Below, one piece after another: positions 35,299 to 43,724 of a stretch of 64,000 bases of DNA; the stretch's first letter is position 1; every line of letters starts with the position of its first letter. A program made the position numbers and the translations under genes. Below the pieces are notes generated by a model. The model was not told the DNA's origin, did not search any database, and saw only the letters and a program-made list of their open reading frames with translations. The DNA is from Candidatus Woesearchaeota archaeon. GTDB lineage: Archaea > Nanobdellota > Nanobdellia > Pacearchaeales > GW2011-AR1. Location of the stretch: the NCBI GenBank assembly GCA_964514585.1, contig CAZETU010000002.1:65486-129485 (forward strand). The letters are read 5' to 3'.

Positions 35299-36414
35299 TT
35301 AGTGTGTGAACTCTAGAATGATTCCTGCTAGGAATATGATAGATAATATGATGATTATTGCCCAATTTATTGGCATTTTGATTTCAGGATCTTTGTTGTT
35401 TCTTGTTTTTCCTTTGGCTTTTCGTGCCATGAGTAGGATTATGATTCCGGTTATTCCTCCAGAGATTACACCACCGATTCCTAGAATTGATGCGAAGCTA
35501 AGAAATCCTAATTGAGTTATCAGTAGGTATAGTATTAAGGGGACTAGTGAGGTCATGATGAAGTTTACTTTTTTTGAGGTTTTGATGTCGTATTTAAAGG
35601 TGTCTTTGAGGGCGTATGATATGACGAAGAACGAGGTTAGCATTGTGAAAATTCCTAGAATGGTTGTGAATGATCCGAATGAGAGAGTTGCGACTTCGTC
35701 TACGTTTTGGCCGAGTACTCCGATGAAAATTGCGCTGAAAAGAATGTATAATATAATGGGGATTAAGGTTCCGATAATGATTGCTTTTTTGAATAGTTTT
35801 TCTTGACCTTTGATTTCTTTTCTTAGTTCTGGTATTGCTGTGAAGCCAAGAAGTGCGAAGAGGACGACACCGATTGGTAGCGCGAAGTATGTTGAATCGA
35901 ATACTGCTAAATTACTGGGATTTATTTCGGGTGCGAGGTCTATGAATAGTCCGATTACGATACCTATGATTGCTAGGACGCCCCATGTTTCAATTTTTTT
36001 GAGTCCTTTTAGTCCCTCTCTTAGTAATAGTGTCATTACTAGCCAGAATGCGATTCCTAAAATTATGGGGTTGATGTTGCCGGGGAGAAGTCTTGAGAAA
36101 CTTTCGCCTTCTCCGATGAGGTATGCGGTTAGGGCTGAATATACACCGAATATTGTTGCAAAGAACATGATTCGTTTTCCCCATGGGCCTAGGTATTTTT
36201 CTGCGTAGCCTGATAGTTGGTGTTTGCCTTTTGTTCTAAGTGTAATTTCTCCGAGGGTCAGGTTTGCGAAAATCATTACGGCTCCTATTACGACTAGCCA
36301 GAATAATCCTGCTAAAAATCCTGATTTAGCGAAGATGTATGGGAGGCCTAGGATTCCTGCGCCGATGGTGGAACCAGTTAGTGTAAAAGTTGTTGCCCAG
36401 AATTTTTTATTCAT
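35299..36414 (-). CDS. Amino-acid permease (aromatic/neutral amino-acid transporter family)
   Basis: TLTGSTIGAGILGLPYIFAKSGF N-terminal signature. About 11 TM helices. Confidence 0.7.
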   Translation of the reverse strand: MNKKFWATTFTLTGSTIGAGILGLPYIFAKSGFLAGLFWLVVIGAVMIFANLTLGEITLRTKGKHQLSGYAEKYLGPWGKRIMFFATIFGVYSALTAYLIGEGESFSRLLPGNINPIILGIAFWLVMTLLLREGLKGLKKIETWGVLAIIGIVIGLFIDLAPEINPSNLAVFDSTYFALPIGVVLFALLGFTAIPELRKEIKGQEKLFKKAIIIGTLIPIILYILFSAIFIGVLGQNVDEVATLSFGSFTTILGIFTMLTSFFVISYALKDTFKYDIKTSKKVNFIMTSLVPLILYLLITQLGFLSFASILGIGGVISGGITGIIILLMARKAKGKTRNNKDPEIKMPINWAIIIILSIIFLAGIILEFTH

Positions 36415-36455
36415 AGTATCACCTTCTTATCTGTGTCGAATGTTGTTTTTAAGTT

Positions 36456-36480
36456 TTATCACAACAATCTTCTTAAAGTG
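36456..36480 (+). promoter_or_regulatory. Shared 25-nt promoter module, copy M1
   Basis: ttatcacaacaatcttcttaaagtg, 19 nt before ATG 36499. Confidence 0.6.
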
Positions 36481-36498
36481 TGTTTTCTTGTTTTTGTT

Positions 36499-36660
36499 AT
36501 GAGTGATATAGGTGGAATGGATTAGTGTTTTTGGGATATTGATGGACCGGAGAGTACTATTGTTACACAGGAGATGGCTGATGCTTATCATGGTGGAGTA
36601 TATACTACTGCTGAGTGCGAGGCTCGAATAGATAAGATTCGCGGTACGCCTTTGCCTTAG
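36499..36660 (+). pseudogene. 54-codon ORF interrupted by one in-frame TAG
   Basis: MSDIGGMD-TAG-CFWDIDGPESTIVTQEMADAYHGGVYTTAECEARIDKIRGTPLP. TAG at 36523-36525. Promoter M1 at leaderless spacing. Confidence 0.4.
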
Positions 36661-36666
36661 TGAAAG

Positions 36667-36690
36667 ATATCACGACAATATTCTTAAAGG
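36667..36690 (+). promoter_or_regulatory. Shared promoter module, copy M2
   Basis: atatcacgacaatattcttaaagg, 25 nt before ATG 36715. Confidence 0.6.
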
Positions 36691-36714
36691 GCTTGGCTTT
36701 GATATTTTCTTGAG

Positions 36715-38511
36715 ATGGTGGATATAATAATTAACGAGAATTTTGACGATGATGCTTCGGAATTATTCGGGAATATGAGCGGGAAGAGTTTCGAGTCGCC
36801 GGATTTGTTTAAGTTGAAGATGGCGTCTGAGGAGATTTCTAGTGATAAGGAGATTAATAATTTGATTTCTTATGGAATGATTAAGAAGAATTTGGCGTAT
36901 GATTTGCCGCATCAGATGGAGGGGGCGATTAAGCTTTTGAGGGATTTGAATGCGACGGCTTTGCTCGCTGATGAAGTTGGGCTTGGGAAAACTATTACTG
37001 CGGGCATGTTGATTAAGGAGGGAATTGTTCGAGGTTTTTTGAAAAGAATAGTAATTTTGACTCCGCCGTCGCTGGTTGATCAGTGGGTTGCCGAGTTGAA
37101 AGAAAAGTTTGAGTTGGATTTTAATATTATTGAGTCTGTGGAGGATTGGGGAAAGTTTGATTTTGCGATTGCTTCGATTGATAGGGTTAAGATTTTTGAT
37201 AGGAAGATTTCGGCGTTTAGGCATAGTGAGGCGCATAAGATTTCTTGGGATTTGGTTATAGTTGATGAGGCGCATAAATTGAAGGAGCGAAATACTGTGA
37301 GGTGGAAGTTTGTTGACAGGCTCAGGAAGAAGAGGTTTTTATTGTTGACAGCGACGCCGTTTCAGAATGATTTGTTGGAGTTGTATAATCTTTTACATCT
37401 TTTGAAGAGGGGGCATCTTGGGACGATGAAGGAATTTCGGAAGAAGTTTTTGTATCGTGGGAATAAGAGGCATCCATTGAATCCTTTGGATTTGAAAAAG
37501 AAATTGGAAGAGGTCATGGTTCGTCGACGGAGAGATGAGACAGGTATTGATTATAAGGCTAGAATTCCAAAAATTGTTACAGTTGATTTGACTAAGGAGG
37601 AGAAGGCGATTTATGACAATACTGTGCGGTTGTTGAAGGAGAATTATTTTAGGGCAGATGGTCGGGAGATTAATGGGCGGTTGATTGTTTTTGCGATTTT
37701 GCCGAAGGTGACTAGTTCGTCTCGGAGTGCGATTGAGAGCTTGCAGAAGATAGTTGATAGTGATATTTATCATGAAGGGACTCGGGATTTTGCCCAGGGG
37801 ATACTCGACGATTATGCGACGTTGAATAAAGATTCTAAGATTGAGAAGTTGGTTAATTTGGTTGAGGAGATTCGGAATCGATCCGATGACGAAAAGATTT
37901 TGATTTATACGCGACATCCTACGACCTTGAAGTATATTGTTGAGAAGTTGGAGCCGTTTGGCTTAAATATTATTGAATTTATGGGCGGGCTAACTCGAGA
38001 GGAGAAGACGGAGAAGATTAAGGCGTTTAGGCGGGGTGAGGCTGATATTATGATTTCGACTGATTGTGGGGCGGAGGGTCTCAACTTTCAGTTTTGTAGG
38101 AATTTGATTAATTATGATTTGCCGTGGAATCCGATGTCGGTTGAGCAAAGGATTGGTCGTTTGGATAGGATTGGGCAGACGCGGGAGATGTATATTTATT
38201 CGTTTGCGACGAAGGGGACGATGGAGGAGCATGTCGTGGATTTGATTATTAATAAGATGTGTTGTGTTGGTTTGGTGATTGGGGAGTTGCCGATTATTTT
38301 GTTTAATCTTGGGCTTGATGGGAATGGGGCTAGCGGGAGGAATAAAATTGAGGAGAAGTTGATGGCCTCGTTTATTGAGTCTAAGGGGAATCTTGAAATG
38401 TTTAGTAAAGGGGTGGACGAAATTGCGGCGGAGATTGGGAAAGGGATGAAGGATTACGAGAAGGACAAGAAAGATAATAAGTGTTTTTTGGATGGGGAAT
38501 GTGGGGTTTGA
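36715..38511 (+). CDS. SNF2-family DNA-dependent ATPase/helicase
   Basis: LADEVGLGKT (I), VIVDEAHKLK (II), LLLTATPFQNDLLELYNLL (III), WNPMSVEQRIGRLDRIGQ (VI). Confidence 0.9.
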   Translation: MVDIIINENFDDDASELFGNMSGKSFESPDLFKLKMASEEISSDKEINNLISYGMIKKNLAYDLPHQMEGAIKLLRDLNATALLADEVGLGKTITAGMLIKEGIVRGFLKRIVILTPPSLVDQWVAELKEKFELDFNIIESVEDWGKFDFAIASIDRVKIFDRKISAFRHSEAHKISWDLVIVDEAHKLKERNTVRWKFVDRLRKKRFLLLTATPFQNDLLELYNLLHLLKRGHLGTMKEFRKKFLYRGNKRHPLNPLDLKKKLEEVMVRRRRDETGIDYKARIPKIVTVDLTKEEKAIYDNTVRLLKENYFRADGREINGRLIVFAILPKVTSSSRSAIESLQKIVDSDIYHEGTRDFAQGILDDYATLNKDSKIEKLVNLVEEIRNRSDDEKILIYTRHPTTLKYIVEKLEPFGLNIIEFMGGLTREEKTEKIKAFRRGEADIMISTDCGAEGLNFQFCRNLINYDLPWNPMSVEQRIGRLDRIGQTREMYIYSFATKGTMEEHVVDLIINKMCCVGLVIGELPIILFNLGLDGNGASGRNKIEEKLMASFIESKGNLEMFSKGVDEIAAEIGKGMKDYEKDKKDNKCFLDGECGV

Positions 38512-38550
38512 ATTGGAAACTGTTAAAAGGATTGTTGTTGTTTGCTAGTT

Positions 38551-38964
38551 ATGAATATTCGGTTTAAAGATTTTTTTACAAAGAAGGCGAAGAAGCAAGA
38601 GTCAAGTTTTTTTGTTATTTGGGTTTTGACTGCTGGTTTGTATTTATTTTTAATTTTTGTCTTGACGGAATATGTCGGCATTTATTATATTTTTTCTGCT
38701 TTGCTTTCTGCTATTTTTTGTTCTAGCTTTAATTTTATTTTAAATAAGACTGTTACTTTTCATGAGAAAATTGGTAGGAATTTTTTGAGTGAATATTTTG
38801 AATTTTGGGGGATTGCTCTTGTGGGTGGGTTTCTTGGTTTGGGTTTGTTGTTTTCTTTGACAGAATTTTTGGGTGTTTATTATTTTGTTTCTAGTGTTTT
38901 TAGCTTGATGTTTTCTGGGGCCTTGGAGTTTGTAGGGAACAAGGTTTTGATTTTTAGGAAGTAG
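38551..38964 (+). CDS. GtrA-family membrane protein
   Basis: Four TM helices with ..SSFNFILNKTVTFH.. typical of GtrA-like proteins. Confidence 0.65.
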   Translation: MNIRFKDFFTKKAKKQESSFFVIWVLTAGLYLFLIFVLTEYVGIYYIFSALLSAIFCSSFNFILNKTVTFHEKIGRNFLSEYFEFWGIALVGGFLGLGLLFSLTEFLGVYYFVSSVFSLMFSGALEFVGNKVLIFRK

Positions 38965-39013
38965 TTTGTTTGTTATAATAGTTTTTATAAAGAGTTAGTG
39001 CTGATGTTGGACT

Positions 39014-39217
39014 ATGATTGAACAATTTGAGGCTCCATTTATTTATGGTGACATTACTGAGCTTGACGCAGATCTTCGTCGAGAGGATGCTCAAAGATAT
39101 TTTTTTTGCAGAAATAATGGAACTGAAGTTTGTCTATGTACTCCTGAAAGTATTGGTCTTTGTTTGATTTGTGATAATTACAGGCATGTTTTTGAGCCTA
39201 AAACTTTATCACGATAA
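39014..39217 (+). CDS. Small Cys-rich protein (67 aa)
   Basis: Leaderless spacing from the TATA at 38983-38992. C-x9-C-x-C-x8-C-x2-C. Confidence 0.5.
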   Translation: MIEQFEAPFIYGDITELDADLRREDAQRYFFCRNNGTEVCLCTPESIGLCLICDNYRHVFEPKTLSR

Positions 39218-39230
39218 TCTTCTTAAAGTG
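39206..39230 (+). promoter_or_regulatory. Shared promoter module, copy M3
   Basis: ttatcacgataatcttcttaaagtg, 19 nt before ATG 39249. 23/25 identical to M1. Confidence 0.6.
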
Positions 39231-39248
39231 CATGTTGTTGAATTTTTC

Positions 39249-40646
39249 ATGGTTGAAGTTATTAAGGAATTTGTTTTTGAATTTTTTAAGAATTTGAAGT
39301 GTTTGGTTTCGCAGGATGGGAATTTGGTTGTTATTGATAATGTGCCTAAGAGTTTTGAGGATTTGGTTGGGAAGGCTGCGCCGTATAGGTTGAATTTTTC
39401 TGGGAATGTCGAAGGGAGTGATTTTGCTGGGAAAGGGAGTCGGTTTTTGGCTGCGATGACTAAATATTTGGAGGGGGCTGGTAAAGCTACTTTGCTTAAA
39501 ATTGATTTTGATGTTGATCCGATGGGTGAGATTTCTAAGATGATTTCTTTGAAGAATTGCGAGATTAATAATTTGATTAAGAAACACAAAAATAGTTTTT
39601 TTTCTAGGTTTACTTTTATGACGACGTTTCGTTATTTGAGCGAGGCTGAGCAGGCTGTGAATGAAGTTTATGTTCATAAGGGGAAGGTTGTGAAGGGGGA
39701 TTTGTCTGGGTATACCGTTGTTGAGGGGGATAGTGAACAGGTTGCAGGGAATCATTTGGAGGAGGATTATAAGGTTGCGCGGGAATTTTTGAAGGAGTTG
39801 TTGCAGGACAAGACTTCTGAGATTGGTGAGGTTTTGGGGAATCAGCTTGAGGATGAGATTGCTAGAGTTAGGTTGCATTATGAGAATTTGTTGGGTGAGC
39901 TTGGTGGAGATTTGAATGGTGCGGTTGATAAGATTCGAGATGTTGAGTTGGCGTTGAGGAGTGCTGAAGGTGAGGAGCGTGATGTTTTGAGAGCTAGGCT
40001 GGAGAGGTTGAGGAAGGGGCTTGTTAAGATTGGGGACGATGATTCGCGGACACGGATTTTGAAGGAGCAGGAATTTACTATTAAGGACGCGGCACATAAG
40101 CATAGTTTGAATATTGATAATAAGTTGGTGAATACGACGGTGATTTATTACCCTGTTTTTAGTTTTAATTTGTTTTTGAAGGGCAATGATTCTGGACGCT
40201 ATCTTGAATTGACCTATGATCCGTTGACTAAGACGCTTGACAAATTGGCTTGTGAGACTTGCGGGGTTGGGATTAAGGAATTGAATTTGTGTTCGGCGGG
40301 GCATATTGCGTGTGAGAATTGTTTGGAGAAATGTGGGGAGTGTGGGAAGCAGTTTTGTTGCAAGTGCATGAAGAGGTCGTGTTCGGTTTGTGGGAAGGCT
40401 CTTTGTAAGGATTGTTCGATTATGTGTGTGAGTTGTAGTAAGTATGTTTGTCAAAATCATATTCGGAAGGATTGTGTTTCTGGGGATGATAGGTGTGTTA
40501 ATTGCTTGAGGGCGTGCATGAGGTGTCATGGGATGGCACAGGAAAAATATTTTGGCGAGGCGATGGACGGGTCGAAGGTTTGTCAGAAATGTTTGGGGGC
40601 TGAGAAGAGGGGTAAGGTAATGGAGAGAGTTTTTAGGGAGAAATAG
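39249..40646 (+). CDS. Coiled-coil protein with C-terminal array of about 10 CxxC pairs
   Basis: CETC, CENC, CGEC, CKC, CSVC, CKDC, CVSC, CVNC, CMRC, CQKC within about 130 aa. Start set at ATG 39249 below promoter M3. Confidence 0.75.
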   Translation: MVEVIKEFVFEFFKNLKCLVSQDGNLVVIDNVPKSFEDLVGKAAPYRLNFSGNVEGSDFAGKGSRFLAAMTKYLEGAGKATLLKIDFDVDPMGEISKMISLKNCEINNLIKKHKNSFFSRFTFMTTFRYLSEAEQAVNEVYVHKGKVVKGDLSGYTVVEGDSEQVAGNHLEEDYKVAREFLKELLQDKTSEIGEVLGNQLEDEIARVRLHYENLLGELGGDLNGAVDKIRDVELALRSAEGEERDVLRARLERLRKGLVKIGDDDSRTRILKEQEFTIKDAAHKHSLNIDNKLVNTTVIYYPVFSFNLFLKGNDSGRYLELTYDPLTKTLDKLACETCGVGIKELNLCSAGHIACENCLEKCGECGKQFCCKCMKRSCSVCGKALCKDCSIMCVSCSKYVCQNHIRKDCVSGDDRCVNCLRACMRCHGMAQEKYFGEAMDGSKVCQKCLGAEKRGKVMERVFREK

Positions 40647-40732
40647 GAAAGTTTATATATGAGGTTAACTATAGTTAACTATTATTTATTGTTCTATATT
40701 TTAAATCTGTAATTAAATTTCGGAGGGTTAAA

Positions 40733-40933
40733 ATGAAACCAAATTTTTTAGATTGGGTAGCATGGATCCTGATAGTTGTCGGGGCTCTTAATTGGGGTCT
40801 TGTCGGACTTTTCAGCTTTGATTTAGTTGCGGCTATTTTTGGGACAATGAGTCTTACTTCTAGAGTTGTCTATACTTTAGTTGGATTGGCAGCTTTATTT
40901 TCCATAGTTACGATGACTAAAATGCACGAGTAG
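40733..40933 (+). CDS. DUF378-type small membrane protein
   Basis: LDWVAWILIVVGALNWGLVGLFSFDLVAAIFG signature. Confidence 0.7.
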   Translation: MKPNFLDWVAWILIVVGALNWGLVGLFSFDLVAAIFGTMSLTSRVVYTLVGLAALFSIVTMTKMHE

Positions 40934-41008
40934 TAATGCTTGTGTGTTAATTGCAATTTTTTATTTTATAGTTAATTTTATAAGTTAATTCTAGGTTATT
41001 TTATCGTA

Positions 41009-41024
41009 ATGAGTTCGTAGTTTA
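41009..41024 (+). repeat. Upstream duplicate of the tRNA-Arg 5' end
   Basis: atgagttcgtagttta is identical to 41065-41080. A TATA-like box at 40975-40984 is positioned for this copy. Confidence 0.7.
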
Positions 41025-41066
41025 GAGGAGTATCTGAGATACTTCACGAAAACAACGTCCTCTGAT

Positions 41067-41138
41067 GAGTTCGTAGTTTAATGGATAGAATGACGGGTTT
41101 CGGCCCCGTTGATGGGGGTTCGATTCCCTCCGAACTCG
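41067..41138 (+). tRNA. tRNA-Arg (anticodon TCG), no encoded CCA
   Basis: Hand-folded cloverleaf: acceptor gagttcg/cgaactc; anticodon stem acggg/cccgt with loop ttTCGgc; T arm ggggg-ttcgatt-ccctc; 4-nt variable loop. Confidence 0.85.
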
Positions 41139-41281
41139 TTTATCAAAAATCGAACCACAGGGGTTCTAATTCGCAATTTGTATTTGAAAACTAAATTCAA
41201 AATAGGTTTTCAAAAGCGAGTCGCTCATCTTCAGATGTTTGTTATCATTAATTTTAAATATGGCTTTGAATAGGTTTAATT

Positions 41282-42727
41282 ATGGCGAAAAAGAAAACGA
41301 CATTTAATATTTCGAAGGTTGGGAATTTTTCTGATTGGTATAGTGAGATTTTGAATAAGGCTGAGGTGACGGATTTGCGTTATGGGGTTAAGGGGTTTGT
41401 TGTGATTCGGCCGTGGGGTGCGAGGATTATTGATAAGATGTATCGGATTTATGAGAGTGCCTTGAGAGCGACGGGACATGATCCTGCGATTTTTCCTGCG
41501 GTGATTCCTGAGGGGAATTTTAAGAAGGAATCGAGTCATGTTGATGGGTTTGCGCCTGATGTTTTTTGGTTGGATGAGAAATGTACTAGTGGTGACGAGA
41601 AATTGGCTTTGCGGCCGACGAGTGAGACTGCGTTTTATGATTTGTATAATATTTGGATTAGGAGTTATCGAGATTTGCCGATGAAGATGTATCAGAGAGC
41701 GAATGTTTTTCGGAACGAGACGAAGGCGACGCGGCCGTTGATTAGGAGTAGGGAGTTTCATTGGATTGAGACTCATGATGCTTTTGCGACTAATAAGGAA
41801 GCTGAGGCGCAGGTACAGGATGATATTTTGATGACTGAGGAAGTTATGCATAAGATTTTTGGGGTGCCGTTTTTGCCGATGAAGAGACCTCAGTGGGATA
41901 AGTTCCCTGGGGCTGAGTATACTGTTGGGAGTGATGTGGTTATGCCTGATGGCCGTGTGATTCAACAGCCTAGTACTCATTTAATTAGTCAACATTTTGT
42001 TAAAGCGTTTGATTTGAAGTTTGTTGATGAGAAGGAGAAGGGGAGAGTTCCGTGGTTGACTTGCTATGGTCCCTGTATGTCTAGGATGTTGGCCTCGATT
42101 ATTTCGTTGCATGGGGATGATAATGGTTTAATTTTGCCGTATACGTTGGCTCCTTATCAGGTTATAATTGTTCCATTTGATGGGAAGGGTGTTTCTGAGA
42201 AGGTGGCTGAAATTCAGGCGGATTTGATGAAGAATTATATTGATGTTAAGATTGATGATACCGACAAGAGGCCTGGTGAGAAATTTTATTATTGGGAAAT
42301 GAAAGGTGTGCCGTTTAGGGTTGAAGTTGGCGAGAAGGAACTGAAGAGTGGTGAGGTGAGCGTCTTTATTCGGGATATCAAGGAAAAGGTTTCGGTTAAG
42401 ATTGAGGATTTGAGCGAGACTATCAAGAATTTTGGGGCTGAGTATGACGAGAGGTTGATTGCTAAGGCTGATGAGTTTTTTGAGGGGAAAGTTGTGGATT
42501 GTTCTTCTAAGGATGATATTAAGAAGGTTTTGGATTCTGGTAAGGTTGCGCGGTTTAGTTTTTGTTCGGATGAGAAAGAGGGTGCTAAATGTGCTGAGTT
42601 TATTGAGAAGGAGTTGTCGGCTCGTGTGATGGGGACTCGTGGGGACTTGGATGAGAAGGCTTCGGGTAAGTGTCCGATTTGTGGGAAGAAGAATAGTGTG
42701 GTTGTTTATGCTGGGAAGAGTTATTAG
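41282..42727 (+). CDS. proS: Prolyl-tRNA synthetase (archaeal/eukaryal type)
   Basis: FSDWYSEILNKAEV, class II motifs, C-terminal CPICGKK...YAGKSY. Confidence 0.9.
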   Translation: MAKKKTTFNISKVGNFSDWYSEILNKAEVTDLRYGVKGFVVIRPWGARIIDKMYRIYESALRATGHDPAIFPAVIPEGNFKKESSHVDGFAPDVFWLDEKCTSGDEKLALRPTSETAFYDLYNIWIRSYRDLPMKMYQRANVFRNETKATRPLIRSREFHWIETHDAFATNKEAEAQVQDDILMTEEVMHKIFGVPFLPMKRPQWDKFPGAEYTVGSDVVMPDGRVIQQPSTHLISQHFVKAFDLKFVDEKEKGRVPWLTCYGPCMSRMLASIISLHGDDNGLILPYTLAPYQVIIVPFDGKGVSEKVAEIQADLMKNYIDVKIDDTDKRPGEKFYYWEMKGVPFRVEVGEKELKSGEVSVFIRDIKEKVSVKIEDLSETIKNFGAEYDERLIAKADEFFEGKVVDCSSKDDIKKVLDSGKVARFSFCSDEKEGAKCAEFIEKELSARVMGTRGDLDEKASGKCPICGKKNSVVVYAGKSY

Positions 42728-43671
42728 ATAGTTGTAAGCTTTAGTTCTTCTAATATTGTTAAGTGTTGGTAGTCAGAAATTATATCTCCAAATTTTTCTC
42801 TGAAGTCCTTAATGGTTTCTCTGAAGTCATTTTGAGATTCGCTGATTAGCTCCATGTGAAAATCATAGTTTCCATGGTATTTCATAATAAACACACAGTG
42901 TTTTGATTCTTCGTAATAAGAAATTATTTCATCTATCTTGGAGAAGTCTTTTAGTGAAATGAATATGTGATGATACCCTTTTTCTAATTTTTCATGGTTT
43001 GTTCTTAATTTGAATCCGGATATTATTTTTTTCCTTGTTAAGTTTTTTATTCTTTTTGAGATTGCTTGTGCTGTTAGTTTTATTTTTGATGAGAGTTCTA
43101 TGAGAGATGTTCTTGAGTTGGTTTCTATTATGTTGATTATTTTTTTATCAATTTTGTCGATTATTTCTTTTTGATCAGTTTTTTTCATTCTTATAATGTA
43201 GTTATCTTTTTTGTCTTCCGAGAAATATTTTTCATTCATCCAAATTAATTCGTAGGGGATTAGAAGTTGTTTTTCTTTGATGTTCTTACTAAATGATCTG
43301 TTAAATTTTTCCAATAATGAATATACTTTTTCAATGTCGTTGTCTCTTATTGTTATTATTAGATCCCATTTTCCTTCTGTTTTCCCTATCCATATTATTT
43401 CTGATTTTTTAGAGAGCCAGTTTATTATTTTTGTTTCTCCCTTTTCTCCAATGTTTTCATATCTAATTAATAATTTACAAAGATTAGAACCGAGTTTAAA
43501 ATAATTGATTAGTGAAAAGTATCCTCCAATTATTTTTTCTTTTTCTAATTTTTTTATTATGTAATTTACTGTTTCTTTTTTTAGTCCAACCTTTTTTGAT
43601 ATTTGAGTATTTGATAGTCTTGAGTTTTTATCTAATTCCCTTAATATTTGAGTATCTTTTTTACTTAACAT
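42724..43671 (-). CDS. Tandem Lrp/AsnC-type transcriptional regulator
   Basis: Two HTH modules (DTQILRELDKNSRLSNTQISKKVGL.. and IINIIETNSRTSLIELSSKIKL..), each followed by an effector-like domain. Confidence 0.7.
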   Translation of the reverse strand: MLSKKDTQILRELDKNSRLSNTQISKKVGLKKETVNYIIKKLEKEKIIGGYFSLINYFKLGSNLCKLLIRYENIGEKGETKIINWLSKKSEIIWIGKTEGKWDLIITIRDNDIEKVYSLLEKFNRSFSKNIKEKQLLIPYELIWMNEKYFSEDKKDNYIIRMKKTDQKEIIDKIDKKIINIIETNSRTSLIELSSKIKLTAQAISKRIKNLTRKKIISGFKLRTNHEKLEKGYHHIFISLKDFSKIDEIISYYEESKHCVFIMKYHGNYDFHMELISESQNDFRETIKDFREKFGDIISDYQHLTILEELKLTTI

Positions 43672-43724
43672 TTAATCATTTACTCGTTATTCTTTAAATA
43701 TTTTTCCTTTTGAGTAATATTTCT

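Noticed and set aside
36523-36525. In-frame TAG as evidence for pyrrolysine or an altered genetic code.
   Set aside because: All conserved genes in the window read through normally with TAG, TAA and TGA as stops. A single case in a tiny unconserved ORF is more simply a pseudogene.
39198-40529. 443-aa minus-strand ORF, the longest unexplained ORF in the track.
   Set aside because: It lies exactly antisense to the CxxC-rich gene. Its composition is low-complexity N/I/L/P/R/Q/T, with no promoter or start context. It is open only because the minus strand opposite a G+T-rich gene is T-poor and so stop-poor.
41140-41172. tRNA T-arm-like ggttcgatt on the minus strand, considered as a possible split or half tRNA.
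   Set aside because: The flanks cannot form a T stem or an acceptor stem. A local hairpin on the plus strand explains it better.
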